Of a stretch of DNA of 64,000 nucleotides, positions 37,444 to 52,271 are shown one piece after another. A model generated the notes under the pieces. The model ran no database searches, was not told the origin of the DNA, and saw only the letters and a program-made list of their open reading frames with translations. The stretch comes from Octopus bimaculoides (taxonomy: Eukaryota): the NCBI RefSeq assembly GCF_001194135.2, contig NC_068983.1, forward strand, positions 155,205,870 through 155,269,869, written 5' to 3'. The stretch's first letter is position 1. Each line of letters starts with the position of its first letter. The translations under genes were made by a program, and so were the position numbers.

Positions 37444-38852
37444 TATATATATATATATATATTATATAATATTAATAATAGTAGTAATACAAATAATAAT
37501 ACTATAATCTCTAATTAGATGAAATAACCATTAGAAAAAAGACCACCTGTTAACATTGAAATTTATTTATGTGTTAGAATGCACCATTTCCTTGAAATCT
37601 TCCACGAAACCACTAACACCACCATCACTACCACCACTACTACTACTTCTACCAAAACTCCAACAATAGCAACAGAGGAAGTGAGGGAGCATCGTTGACA
37701 ACACTTGCCAGAAGCAGTAGCCAAATTTCCCTAAAATCATACCCTACTATCTTCAGGAAGAAGAATTACATAATGTTTTGAGTAAAATCCCTTATCCCTC
37801 TCTTTTAAATATTCTATGATGAACCAATGAGGGATTCTTTTTATGTGTTTTAACTTAACTTCCTTATTCTTCATAATGGACAAAATCTTTTCTCAGCAAA
37901 TTAATCTTTTGCTGATGAAATAAGAGGGCTCTGCCTAAAATATTGGCTAATTCTTCACCTCAGGCACACCAGTCTATTGTGTGTACATTTTGTTGCTATT
38001 CAGATTTATTAATTGGGTTTCAGCCAATGTCGACTGTGATACTAATTAGAAATTATAAATAGTAGTATTAAAATTGATGGTAGTAGTGGTGGTAGTGTTG
38101 GTCGGTGGGAAGAAAAATGGGGAACTAATTCTGCATCGTGTGCCTCTTGCTATCTAACTATCTATCTATCTATCTATCTCTCAATAGCTCTTTTTTTTTT
38201 TCTTACAGCAAACGAGTCACTCAAATCTCACTGAAAGAAATAAAACCCTCTGTTCTGTCCAATGCTTAGCTAGCTGAATAACTTCAAACTGCATTACTAT
38301 CAACTCTCAAACAATCATGACCCTCTCTTCATCTGTCGCTGAATTCACTAACTCAAACACATAATGCTCTAACTCTCTCTCTTTCTTGCTTTCTGAAGAG
38401 ACTGAACCATCCTGTGTTCTTCCTGCTTTTGTATTCTATTTTCATCACTAATTTAACTAACTATATACTAAAACCTCTCTCTTCTCTTTCTTTCTCTCTC
38501 AAGCTGTCTGCTGCCTGATTTACTTGAAGCTTTTCTTTTACTATTTCTGCCTGCCATAATTTCATTGTCTACCATTTAACTTCTTTTTATAATGTTCAAT
38601 TCTCTTTCAGTTTTGTTTGTGTATACACATACACATATATAAAATGCGTGTGTGAGTGTGTGTTTATATGTGTGTATATATAATTTCTATATTGATAAAG
38701 TGCATGTTAAGATGCCTGTCATATAAGTAATATTTTAGATCTCCATGTTTTCTGTTATAGCAGCAACAAAAAAAAAAGAAGCCTTTGAAGAGAATCTGTG
38801 TTATTTTGCAAAATTTCTTGCTAAGGGTCATTGTGGTTATAAAGATCACAGA

Positions 38853-38897
<45 letters not shown>

Positions 38898-39482
38898 AAA
38901 ATCAAGCCTAACATCCTTACTCATATTTCAGTAGCCATTGCATAAGGAAATTATCACATAATCCATGTTGCAACAGTCACTGAAACACCTGTAAAGATGC
39001 TATAAATATAGAATTTCATAATAGATTTCTCAAGCTTGACTTTTGTGTTAATACAGGCATACATATATGCCACATTGAGTGTAAGGTTGTCACCAATACT
39101 TATCATCTATCTATCTATCTAAACATACACACTATTTATACAGAGTAGATGTGGAGTAAAATATTTGTTACATTAGTTATCAATACTTAAATACTCTGTC
39201 TTCTGTATATGTGACGATGATGATGGTAACCACTCTACTCTTGTCAAAAATTTCATTCTCTTTCTTTCATTTACTATATATATCAGGCAGGTATATATAC
39301 CTTGCACTATTTCTCTTTCTCTCTCTTCATACATACATATATAGTGGTTCGGCAAAAGAGACTGGTAGAATAAGTACTGGGCTTACAAAGAATAAGTCCT
39401 GGGGTCGATTTGCTCGACTAAAGGCGGTACTCCAGCATGGCCACAGTCAAATGACTGAAACAAGTAAAAGAGTAAAGAGAGA

Positions 39483-39525
<43 letters not shown>

Positions 39526-42500
39526 GGTTGACTGTGACTTCAGAGTTTTACCAAGGAAAGCTTATCAGACTATTTGATAAATTTTCCTTTGAAAAACTTT
39601 GAGGTTAGAGTCTTCTTTAACTCTTTGAGCCTGTAACACTGATTTACCAGTGGATGGCTTATTTTTCTTTATACCGTAGCACTGCTCTACTGGTGGAGTG
39701 CTAGGTATATGGTCAAATAAGGTTCAAGAGGTCAAGGCTCAAAGGGTCAATTATTAGAAAATATTTAACTCCACATCATATATTAACTCCTCTCTTCAAT
39801 TTATATTCATTAATTGCCTGTTATTATTAAGAAAAATATTATTAATAATATACTCATAAAGAGAGAGGTGGTGGAACAAGTGTCATCAAATGAAAGAATG
39901 AGCATCCAGTATATGTAAAGATAGAGTTAAAAATTTTTATGTTTACAACATGGAGGCATATTACTCCAGAAAATCTCCAGTGATAGTTTGTACAGACCCG
40001 AATCAAACCTAAGATATGACTACTGAACTTAAAATCATCACATATATTTTAGCCTACTCTCTCAATGCATGGAGTTATGGAGATCAGATTCAGATATTTG
40101 ATTAAAAAAAAAAAAGACAAAGGAAAGAAAAGATTTGATTGAGTTCTATGGAAACTTTCATTAGAGTTTATCTAAAACACAGACTAATATGTTTTGGCTG
40201 ATTCCATACTGAATATATATACACATACACATTATTTATGTGTATGTATACATACACAATATACATCATATAAACCATTCTAATCTTGTCTGCATAATTG
40301 TAGGTAGGTTTGTTGGAACAATATATCTACATTACATAGGAATGGCATGCTTTTGTTGTTTTGCCACTAAACAACTGCACCCCACCCTCTACCAAATGCC
40401 ATTTGCCAATCTAATATTTTGAATCTTTTTCCGAGTAACTTACCTTGCATTTATTTATTTGTTTCTTTTGTTTTTTCTATAAATTATTATTTTTTTAATA
40501 TTTATTTTGGTTTTTATCTTGCATTCTTTTTGAAGGGATTTCTTTTTTTTTTAAATATTTGTAGATTTTTTTTTTTTAATCATTGTTGTTGCTTCCATAT
40601 TGAAATATGCAGTTTTTATAGTAAATTGAAAATTTTTGTTGTTTTTTTTTGTTATATCTTTGTAATGTAGTAATGGTTAATGTTTTTCGTTTTCATTTTT
40701 TCCCCTTTATTTTGTTATTTATTTATTTTAGAGGTGGTGAAGATAGGAATCTTATTTGTTCTGTTAATAAAATTAACCTCTATCAACACTTTCGACTCTA
40801 CCTTGGGTGTGTTTACTGGGCTCCCACTCTGCTGCAAATATTTGAGTTAGAATTCTGGTCTGAGAATAACTTCTTCAGAATGACTTGCCAGTCTTGGAGG
40901 TCTTAGGTTCGAGTGGAAGCTATAAGCACTTCTTGCCTTTCCTTCTCTGACTGAGCCATAAAGGAATACAATTTTAGCCCTTTTCTTATATTCTCCTTAA
41001 AATAACACTGCCTTTGTTTCAATTAACTTTGAAAATAATGAAGAATTTTGTGGAACAACTTTGTCATTATTATGGTAGTGTTTGGAACATGAAGTAACAT
41101 GAAATTTTGGTGGAGGGTTTCATTTTCAACCACTTTAAAAGACTAAGTTTGTATTAAAGGACCAGGAACAGCCTAATGCAGATTGGTATGAAAAGGGCTG
41201 ATTTCGTTATTGTCATTTAATGTCCATTTTCCATGCTGGCATTGTTTGAATGGATCAACAGGATCTGGCAAGCTGCAAGGCTATGTTGCGTTCCAGTGTT
41301 ACCTTTGGCATGGTTTCTATGGTTGGCTGCCCTTCCTAATGCCAACCACATTACAGTTTGTGCTGGGTATTTTTTTTCTTTGTTTTTTTTTTTTTGTGTA
41401 CTTCTGCCACAAGGGATCTCACTACTCAGCTATCTGTTTTTGCAAATCTTAATGATATATATATATATATGACTTGATACTTATCTCTAGTTTTCATAAC
41501 TTAAGCTAACTTGCTCTTCTCTCATATAGTTTGCTGGTCAATTGCAAGGAGCTTTGCTACTTGAACTCACGTATATTGCATTTGTCAAACCACAGTGTGG
41601 CTATGGTTACTATAACTGTTCTGGTGCTACTTATAGTAGCAAGTAGCTCTAACTTTGCTGTACTTTGTCACTGCCAGTTAAACTAGATTGTTGAAGAATT
41701 AAGCTTTTGTGAGTGCATATCTTATGAAAAATATACTGCTTAAGCGTTCTAATTATAACCTAAAATTTAGAGCAATTTAATAGAATAACTTAATTCTTCA
41801 TTACTTAGCCTAATGTTTAGGAGGGAATGTACCTCAACACAAAGTTACTGTATAAAATTATGATGGAATGTTTTAATTTAGATACTATCACTTTAAAATA
41901 TTTTCTATCAAAAAAACAGAGCCAGTGTCAGGTAGGTTGGTTATCAAAACGGTTAAATGTATAAAATCACAGACACAACGCAGTGCCAACAACAACAGCA
42001 GCAGACTATGAACTGCCAAACTTTTCTTTAGTTTTTCTATTAACAGCTGCCTCCCCACATTTATCCATTTTAATAAAAATATGGACTCAGCAAAACATTT
42101 GTTTTTAACTGTACTTCTTGTTTTAAAGATAAATAGGATTTTTTAAAAAATGAAGTTTCTCTAAATAAGTAAACCAAATAAAAAAAAGAAAGTGAAAAAT
42201 CAGAAAGGCAGGAAAGATAAATTTTCAAAAAAAAAGTTTTTAAAAAAAAAAGGCAAAATATCCAAAACGATAAATTGTTTACATTGAATCAATTCAAATT
42301 GCAATCAATAATACATTTTTATCATTTTTTTTGTTGTTGTTGTTGTTGTTGTTGCATTTTCTAACTATGTTAAACAAAATTTCAAGTTAGGTTCAAAATA
42401 CAAAAGAGAGGAAAGAAGATTAAAAAAGAAAAGTGAAATTTTGATTTCAACTCAACCTCAGTTACATCTTTATAACAATTTATCTTGCTAGTCAACATTT

Positions 42501-45500
42501 GGCTACCTTACATTTATGCAGCAGGTTTTATTTTATTTTATTTTATTTTTGTTATGTTTTAATTTTAGGGGATTTTTTTCTCTTCTCATTTTATTTTTAT
42601 TTGCTTGTAGCTTGTTATACTGGAAATTTCTACAATCTCCTGTTTTGTTTTTCTTTGTAGCCTTTTCTTTTATTTCTTAACTACATATTTTGTGTAATAT
42701 ACATACATGCACACATACATACATATTGTGTGTGTGCATGCTTGCACATGTTTAGTATTCAGAGAGCAATGGGTGAAAAGAGACAACAATACTTACATTA
42801 ATTTTATGTGCAAATCTCTTTGGGGGCAAGCTCACTCACTTTTCATCTGTCTGGTGTGGTGAAAAATAGATCTTCACCAAAAATGTCTGACTTCATGATT
42901 AATACTAGCAATCATTATCATCATCACCTTAATTAATTATTATCATATGCTCAGTGGCATTTCTTCTGGCTTTTCATTCCGAGTTCAAATTCTACCCCAT
43001 GGTTGACTTTACTTTCATCATTTCAGGGTTGATAAAACTTAGATATGTTTCGACCAAAGATTGGTCCAGGCCATGTCTAACTTAATTGCACCAAATATGT
43101 ACCTGTCGAGCATTGGGATTGCTATAGCTGAAAAGCCTCCTCTCCCCAAATTTCAGTCCCTGTGCCTGAATTAGTATTATTTGGCAGAGCAGCTGGGTAG
43201 AATTATAGAACATGTAGACTTAGTTAAAAGTTGATTTATGGGATGCTGTGTGTGAAAGAATTTTTAATGTACTCTTTATTTAATTGAAGAAAAGAAAAGA
43301 AATATCTGAGTGGAGATGAACTGCTCTCAACACAAAACAAAACAAAAACAAGGAGATAACTTCAGGACATTGAAATTAAATTTCTCAAAAGTTAATTTAC
43401 ATGCTTAGGAGAATGATAGTCTGATGTTTGCCTGCAAACAATGGATAACTATGGACATGTTTCAGTCTGTGAGACCCCATCTACATATTATGATGTACAC
43501 AAGCCTGCCTGATTATTTAAAAGATTTTCTCATATAGCAGAAGAGTTCTGGATTATTTTTTACCAGAACCATATAACATGATTCAAAATGAAGTAAGCTA
43601 AGGGAAATAACTCAAATAGGTCAATGATATGAATTCAAATAAATAAATTAAGGTTTTATGTACTGATTGTGACTTGCTTAATATTCTTAAGTAGAAAAAG
43701 TAAACAAAAGTCTAGGAACAGTTGTTGGCAACTCTCAAAACAAAGGGGAGATAATTTCAAGAAAATATGAATTATTCTATTTGGCTTAATTTAAATACTT
43801 CAATGAAGTGACATAGAGTATGAGACAAAATAGTTTAGGTGCAGGCATGGCTGTGAGGTGAGAAGTTTCTTTCCTAACCAGATGGTTATAGATTCAGTCC
43901 TAATGTGTGGTACCTTGGGCAAATGTCTTCTACTGTACTGCTGGGTCAACCAAAGCCTGCCTTGTGAGTGGATTTAGTGGAGGGAAACTGAAAGAAGCCC
44001 TTTGAATGAATTTATGTGTGTTTGTATGTTTCCTTGCCTTGACTTCTTGTGATAGTTATAAACAAATGTCACTGACATACAAGTGGTGCTCTTCATTTCC
44101 AATCTTCTGTGAAAACATGTTTGATCATGGGAAATAGCGCCTTACTTGGAAATAGGTGAGGGTTGGCAGCAGTAAGGGCATCCAGCTGCAGAAAATGCAC
44201 CTCAACAAATTCTATCTAACTAATGCAACCTTGGAGATGATGATGATGATAAGCCATGCTTCATCACATTCTCTGTTACAATTTTTTTTATGTACAACTA
44301 AAACACAGAATGCCTGTCAAATATTTCATCTCAGATTTGATCGAGAATTGACCCTTGCTCAAGATGTGTTAAAAAGATATCGTCATTTGCATCATTGTGT
44401 ATTTATTTATGTTTTTGACTTATTTTCTTCATACATTGATCATTTTCCACTGATTTTTTTTTCTCTCTGTGTCCAAACAGATATTTTCATAAAAAAACTT
44501 CATTTAGTTTATTATTAAAACATAATCTTTAAAAAGAGAGTAAATTTATGAAAATCATCAGCAAACTTATTCTTATATAATGTTGATTTATATATATATT
44601 TATTCATTCTTCTTTTGTTTCACATGATTGCAAACTTCATTCTGCATTCATTATTCTTTCTTTTTAAAGTCATTGTTTTATTTACACACACACACACTTA
44701 CAATTTTTCCATTCTTCACTTTATCTTTTAAGGTAGTGAAAAATAATTTCAAATTCATGACAGTTTCTCAAAACTTGGTTAATCTTCATACTATGATCTG
44801 TTTCTCTCTCTCTACTTCTTTATTTATATCTACCTATCTCCTCTCTCAATCTGTCTGTCTGTCTCTCTCTTTCTTGCAGCTTTGAATGGAATTTATAGAT
44901 GTCTTGCAAAGCTAGCTTCTGATGCACCTTAATGTTTATGGCACTGTATTGACACGTTATGTCTATCTTTCTCATTTTTCTCCTTTCCATCTATCTATTT
45001 ATCTTTCTATCTATCTATATATATATACATACAGTTATATCCCTATTTGTCTCCTTTTTTTCTCTCTCCCTTGAGAGTATGTATGTGTGTGTATGTATAT
45101 ATATATATATATACATACACATACATGTACATACATCCACACTTTTCCATACATTATAATGATGTTTTAACCAACAATATTTATTTTGTTATTGCATTTT
45201 TCTTGGTAATTTTCAAGGTAAAATGGAGTAAACAATAACTTCTAATGAGTATACTGTGTACTATTGTGTATGTATGTATGTATGCGTGAGTTGTGTGCAC
45301 ATGTTAATGCATACGTTTGTATATATGTTATGTGTCTATATATATGGTATAGTTATCTACATGTTTCTCTGTCTCTGTATAATTTATGTGTATGTATATA
45401 ATGTCTATGTAAATTGTATTTATTTATACATATTTCTGTATAGATAATGTGCGGATTTGTGTGTGTGTACACATGTATGTATGTGTCTGCATGCACTAAA

Positions 45501-46960
45501 TTATCTTTTATATATGTGTTTTTGTGTGTATTTATGTATTGTATTCTTATGCTTATATGTATGTGTATGTATATGATTACACATGTCTATAATTCTGAAA
45601 GAGCCTCAGAGCAAGAGAGAGGAATTAAGCTGGAAGCCAGGGGAAGATGAGAAGCAGTGACTTGGCCACTCTGCTGACCCACCAACAGGAGTGTATTAAC
45701 ATTTCAGGGTTGAAACACCTGATGAATGTTGGATACTACCTGATGACATGAGCTCCTCTTAGTCAAAGCTCCATTCACTTTGGTGAATGGAAAAAGCACC
45801 TCCCTAGAGATGTTATTAACATGTGTGTGAACATGAATACACATGTCTATAACTGTGTGTACCCACATATCCCACTGTAAAAACCATATCAAAGATTAGA
45901 CACTGTAGCAAGATCCATTAAACCTTGATGGACCTTCCAACCCATGCAAGTGAAGAAAGCAAGTGTAAAATAATGATGCTAATGAAGGTAATGCTTATTA
46001 CTCATTGGGCAGCATTAAAGGTTTCATCTTTATGCACTCTACTTAAGGCTTCTTTATACACTCTAAATGGATAGCTTGCTGTGGCCTAGTTTTCATCCAA
46101 GCCTTGACCATAGCGACATTAGAAATCTCACATTATTACTAGTTTGTCAACTAGCTACAGATATCATTCAAATCTGTTTAATGCCATCATGCAGTACCCT
46201 CCCACTCCCCCCCCCCCAAAAGTCACACTGAAAAACATAATCCAGAGGACACTACAAGTAGTCATAGCATAAATGATGAGCTCAAATGAAACCGAAATAG
46301 GTCCAGACCTGTCATCATATTGCTTTGAAATTAGACTTACTCTCCACTGCACTCCACATTCAGTTGATTTTAATTAATTATAATTTTGGGCTTTCCCCCC
46401 CCCCCCCCCCCTCCTTTTTTTTATTTTATTTATTTTTTACTTTTTGTAATCAGAATTAGCCATTTATTTTATAATTGTTTGGACATTATTAAGGGTGAAG
46501 TTTTAATTAATTATAAGTTCTTTGCTTGAAATCTTTGAGGCTAGAGCATTTCCTCTCAGAATGAGCTCCTGTCAACTTCAAGTACCAATCAAGGAGGAAA
46601 GTGAAAGCTCCAATGCCCTCTCTTCGGTTCAACCATTTGAGCATTTTGGTTTGAACAAATGCAGACAACATAGAATGGTGAGGGCTCTTTTGTATTCAGA
46701 ATACTGGGCAACAGGCCACCTTACTGGTGCTGCTGCCATTGATAAAATACACTGAGTACTCTTTCTAAAGTGGTTGGAAAATGAGCGCAGATAATGTCTT
46801 GTTGAAAGGACCTTTTAGTGTTGGTCAGGATATGGTGATCTCCAACGTTGATCTCATATTAAAATATACCTACTACACCCTGTATGTATTAAAAGGGGTA
46901 TCCAGCCATTGAAACCATGTCAACAATTGGTCGTATGAGTGACATAATATGATCCACCAA

Positions 46961-47254
46961 TGATAAACGTTAAACGTTGCCCTTTCAAAGCCTAGCCAGG
47001 CTCATGGGCCCGGTTTCTGTGGTGTATGTGTTCTCCCCCAGCTGGACAGGACGCCAGTCCATCACAGCGTTACTCAAGAAACAGGAAGAAAGAGTGAGAG
47101 AAAGTTGGGGCAAAAGAGTACAACAGGGGTTGCCACCACCCCCTGCCGGAGCCTCGTAGAGTTTTAGGTATTTTCGCTCAATAAACACACAATGCCCGAT
47201 CTGGGAATCGAAACCGCGAGTCCGCAGCCCTAACCACTGGGCCATTGCACCTCC
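46961..47254 (-). mobile_element. tRNA-derived SINE (same head as 24379 copy, different body) nested in an older SINE
   Basis: Reverse complement begins ggaggtgcaatggcccagtggttagggc...gtttcgattccc; body contains gatggactggcgtcctgtccag; aatatgatcca is repeated on both flanks (46946-46956, 47258-47268). Confidence 0.75.
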
Positions 47255-49016
47255 ACAAATATGATCCAGCAACCCAGCTGTAATTGCAGTGTTTTTGGAT
47301 AAGAACTAATTCAAAACATGTCAACCTATTCTAGCATGGTAGAAAGCATGAAATGGTCATGATGATTAATCTGAAGGGGAAGTCAGTACCCATAACCCTC
47401 TATAGGAGGTCCTAGACTGGTGGAGAACTGACATACATGCTTGTAACAGAGTAAGCTCCCGTGGGTCTTGTTGGTTGTGAAACCAAGCAACAGGGGAAAT
47501 ATTTAATTATTTTTTTGTGTATGCATTAGAAAGTGCACCAAATATTGGTGCTATATATATGTCTTGTAACAAATTATTTCATTTAAGAATATTAAAAATT
47601 ACTACCCATAAAATTGGGTTGTTACAAATGATGGAATACAATATACATCTATTAGTGTTTATGGTGCTGTTTTTAGCTGTTAAAAGGATGAATAATATTT
47701 AAATGAGTTCAACAGATATTCACAATGAGCCTGTTTTGGGGCAGAGACATTTTGTATCGTATTAAATTCTTTCTTACATACATATTAACATGTACCCATG
47801 TGTGTATAATATACACACTCATTTTATGTCTGTATGAACAAGTGGCTGGAAAGTTCACTTTGCTATTATGTGGTTATAGGTTCAAGCCAACTGCATGGCA
47901 TTCTATACCTATAGCCTCTGATCAATCCAAGCTTTGTGAATAAAATTGGATTGATAAAGGCTCCACAAGTGTCAGTAATGCTGCCTCGTCACTTCCTCTT
48001 TCTCCCTCTGTCACTCTCACACACAGTGTTGAGATGATTCTGCCCAAGTATTACATCAAAAATACAAGTATTTGAGGAACACTCAGTCACTTACATTACT
48101 GTAATTCTATTGGCAATTCAGTTGATTAACACCTGGGGAATCCATTTTACCTACACCCTCCCACCACCATTTTTTATGTTTGTATATGTAATATGTGTAT
48201 TATTATAGCTATGTTAATTATCATCATTTTATATCCTTTTTCTCGTGCCTGTATATATAGTTAATATATCTACACACATACACCATTTACAAGCACTGAT
48301 CTACGGTGTATAAAGAACAGGCTTTTTGTACTGGACTCTGTTTCTACAACAATCTGTTGATTGCTATTCCTTCAAAGAGCACCTGCCACATATTTCTAGG
48401 AGAGAAAAAGCCAAGGTTACCTAAATGTTTTACTTGTAAAGCATTTTGTCTCTCATCATATATTATATATGGCAGGCAATAAAATAATTGCATGTATGTG
48501 TAAATTCTTCCGATAGACATTGTCAAACCATTTAGGATAAACATTTTTATTTGCTGTGGGTGTGGCTGTACTTATGACACCAGAGCTCCCTGGTGCACCC
48601 CCTCATAACTGCATGAGTTTTGTCAAATCAGAATTTGATAGTCTGAGCTAGATGCTTCTACCATCATCAGTGTTCAGTCTCTCTCTTTCTTGAGCCAGAT
48701 GTTATGGCTTGCTTTCTCAGAGGCATCCAACGATTTTCTGGCAACGTGTTTTGTCTCTTCCATTACTAATACACTTCCTAAGCTTAATCCTTCTGGATAA
48801 CATCTTGATCAGCATTCCTCTTATTACAATTAATAAGAGGAATGACCACTAAAGTGGATTCCTGTACGCTAGAGATAGAAGTCAAATCACCTTGCCACAA
48901 AGAGTGTGTTCTCAAGAAACAAAACTCAGTAAACGCCAAAATGTAAATATTTTAAAAATATGCTATTGATGTTTATTGATTGATATCAATTTCTACCCTC
49001 ATTATTTTAATTTATG

Positions 49017-49077
<61 letters not shown>

Positions 49078-49083
49078 CCCATG

Positions 49084-49390
49084 TGAAGGCACGTGGCTTA
49101 GTGGTTTGGATATTCGGCTCACAATCGTAAGGTCGTGAGTTCAATTCCTGGTGATGCGTTGTGTCCTTGAGCAAGACACCTTATTTTCACATTGCTCCAG
49201 TCCACTCAGCTGGCAAAAATGAGAAGTACCTGTATTTCAAAGGGCCAGCCTTGTCACACTGAATTTCCTTGAGAACCATGTTAAGGGTACGTGTGTCTGT
49301 GGAATGTTCAACCACTTGCGCATTAATTTCATGAGCAAGCTGTTCTGTTGATCGTATCAGCTGGGACCCTCATCGCCATAACCGACAGAT
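49084..49390 (+). mobile_element. tRNA-derived SINE, head type B plus the 3' body of the 24379 element
   Basis: Head gcacgtggcttagtggt...gagttcaattcctg...ttgagcaagacac; then agccttgtcacact...gttaagggtac...gctgttc.gttgatcg shared with 24596-24730. Confidence 0.75.
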
Positions 49391-49816
49391 TGCTTCTATA
49401 TAGCCCATGCTTTTATAATACAATTCTTTTACAAAAGTCTCAGAGTGCTTTTGGTAAATTAGATGAGGAATAATGTAAGAGACCAAATTGTCTTAACAGG
49501 AATGGACTTCAGTTTCCCTTTGTGTGTCTCCTCTAATTTGCATATATATATTTGACTGTTTGTGTGTCCATATTCATTTTTGTATGTATGTTCGTTGGTG
49601 TAAAAAGCAGTATTGTATCAAGAAATATAACTTAGCCATTTGTTAAAATATAAATCGATAAAATAGGTATGGTTAACTAAAATCCCTTGAGGTGATTTCC
49701 CCCAGCATAACCTACAGTCTAATGACTGAAGCCTTTGATTGGTTTTTCTCTGATTACTGCAATATTATGCTGAGAATTTGCATGAGATAAAAATATATTT
49801 GAAAGACTGACAGCAT

Positions 49817-49852
<36 letters not shown>

Positions 49853-50785
49853 NNNNNNNNNNNNNNNNNNNNNNNNNNNNNNNNNNNNNNNNNNNNNNNN
49901 NNNNNNNNNNNNNNNNNNNNNNNNNNNNNNNNNNNNNNNNNNNNNNNNNNNNNNNNNNNNNNNNNNNNNNNNNNNNNNNNNNNNNNNNNNNNNNNNNNNN
50001 NNNNNNNNNNNNNNNNNNNNNNNNNNNNNNNNNNNNNNNNNNNNNNNNNNNNNNNNNNNNNNNNNNNNNNNNNNNNNNNNNNNNNNNNNNNNNNNNNNNN
50101 NNNNNNNNNNNNNNNNNNNNNNNNNNNNNNNNNNNNNNNNNNNNNNNNNNNNNNNNNNNNNNNNNNNNNNNNNNNNNNNNNNNNNNNNNNNNNNNNNNNN
50201 NNNNNNNNNNNNNNNNNNNNNNNNNNNNNNNNNNNNNNNNNNNNNNNNNNNNNNNNNNNNNNNNNNNNNNNNNNNNNNNNNNNNNNNNNNNNNNNNNNNN
50301 NNNNNNNNNNNNNNNNNNNNNNNNNNNNNNNNNNNNNNNNNNNNNNNNNNNNNNNNNNNNNNNNNNNNNNNNNNNNNNNNNNNNNNNNNNNNNNNNNNNN
50401 NNNNNNNNNNNNNNNNNNNNNNNNNNNNNNNNNNNNNNNNNNNNNNNNNNNNNNNNNNNNNNNNNNNNNNNNNNNNNNNNNNNNNNNNNNNNNNNNNNNN
50501 NNNNNNNNNNNNNNNNNNNNNNNNNNNNNNNNNNNNNNNNNNNNNNNNNNNNNNNNNNNNNNNNNNNNNNNNNNNNNNNNNNNNNNNNNNNNNNNNNNNN
50601 NNNNNNNNNNNNNNNNNNNNNNNNNNNNNNNNNNNNNNNNNNNNNNNNNNNNNNNNNNNNNNNNNNNNNNNNNNNNNNNNNNNNNNNNNNNNNNNNNNNN
50701 NNNNNNNNNNNNNNNNNNNNNNNNNNNNNNNNNNNNNNNNNNNNNNNNNNNNNNNNNNNNNNNNNNNNNNNNNNNNNNNNNNNNN

Positions 50786-50819
<34 letters not shown>

Positions 50820-51230
50820 TGTGTGTGTGTATGTATGTATGTATGTATGTATAGTTGTAATACACAACGCTCAAATGTTCGTAAATCACTTTTTATTATT
50901 TCTCTTGCTCAAAACACCTTTTTGTTAAAATCTTTGTTCCTGTTTTGTCTCCATTGTTCTTTTATTATTATTCTTGTTTTTGTTGTTATTACATTTTTTT
51001 TCCCCATCTCACTTTTATTATCAGTTTTCTCTTGTTGTGGTTGTCAACCTTTTCTTGTATATACTGGTGTCTGTTCTTTTTCTGATTCGATCTATTTAGT
51101 TCCATTGAAATCTCAGATAGGTGTAGAAATAATATTCTTCTTCCAATAATATGATATATTGTTGCCAATGATATTGATTTGTGTCTATAAGAATTTTTTT
51201 TTTTTTTTTGTGATATTATTATTATCAGTA

Positions 51231-51300
<70 letters not shown>

Positions 51301-51449
51301 CATCACTATCATCATTTGTTTACTCCATGTTTTCTTTTGTTTGTTTACTCAATATCTTTTCTCACTTTTCTTTTTTTTTTTTTTTTTACCTTTCAGAGAC
51401 CTCTTTCAGACAACTGTTTATTTTTCTTATATTATGATTGTTGTTGTTG

Positions 51450-51486
<37 letters not shown>

Positions 51487-51783
51487 NNNNNNNNNNNNNN
51501 NNNNNNNNNNNNNNNNNNNNNNNNNNNNNNNNNNNNNNNNNNNNNNNNNNNNNNNNNNNNNNNNNNNNNNNNNNNNNNNNNNNNNNNNNNNNNNNNNNNN
51601 NNNNNNNNNNNNNNNNNNNNNNNNNNNNNNNNNNNNNNNNNNNNNNNNNNNNNNNNNNNNNNNNNNNNNNNNNNNNNNNNNNNNNNNNNNNNNNNNNNNN
51701 NNNNNNNNNNNNNNNNNNNNNNNNNNNNNNNNNNNNNNNNNNNNNNNNNNNNNNNNNNNNNNNNNNNNNNNNNNNNNNNNNNN

Positions 51784-51825
<42 letters not shown>

Positions 51826-51866
51826 CACACACATATATATACATATACATACATGTACATATATAC

Positions 51867-51907
<41 letters not shown>

Positions 51908-52219
51908 TATATGTATACATATATATATATATATAGATATATATGCATATATATATATATATGAACACATATATATGTACTTATATACATATATATATAC
52001 ACACATATATATGTACTTATATACATATATATACACACATATATATATATATTTATTGAAGTGGATAGATATAGATATACTTATATACTTAGTATATTAT
52101 CTAAAGTTTATGTTGCTAAAAACACTTGTCCGTTTTTACCCCCTCTTCATCCTCATCGTCCCTTTTTTTTTGCCTTTCTCTTCCAGTCCTTCTCGCTCAC
52201 ATTTGCTCCCTTTGCCTCC

Positions 52220-52271
<52 letters not shown>

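Noticed and set aside
41531-41685. Hydrophobic stretch (VAMVTITVLVLLIVASS) as the missing TM exon
   Set aside because: The frame needs a phase-2 acceptor (exon L ends in phase 1), the phase-1 frame stops early, and it ends in a stop with no cytoplasmic tail.
44880-44932. Phase-1 acceptor followed by ALNGIYRCLAKLASDAP* as a terminal exon
   Set aside because: The acceptor is created by a (CT)/(CTGT) microsatellite; no homology or other support.
46522-46755. 77-aa ORF MLEIFEARAFPLRMSSCQLQVP...
   Set aside because: Available acceptors give stops in phase 1; no domain similarity; the 3' end overlaps repeat sequence.
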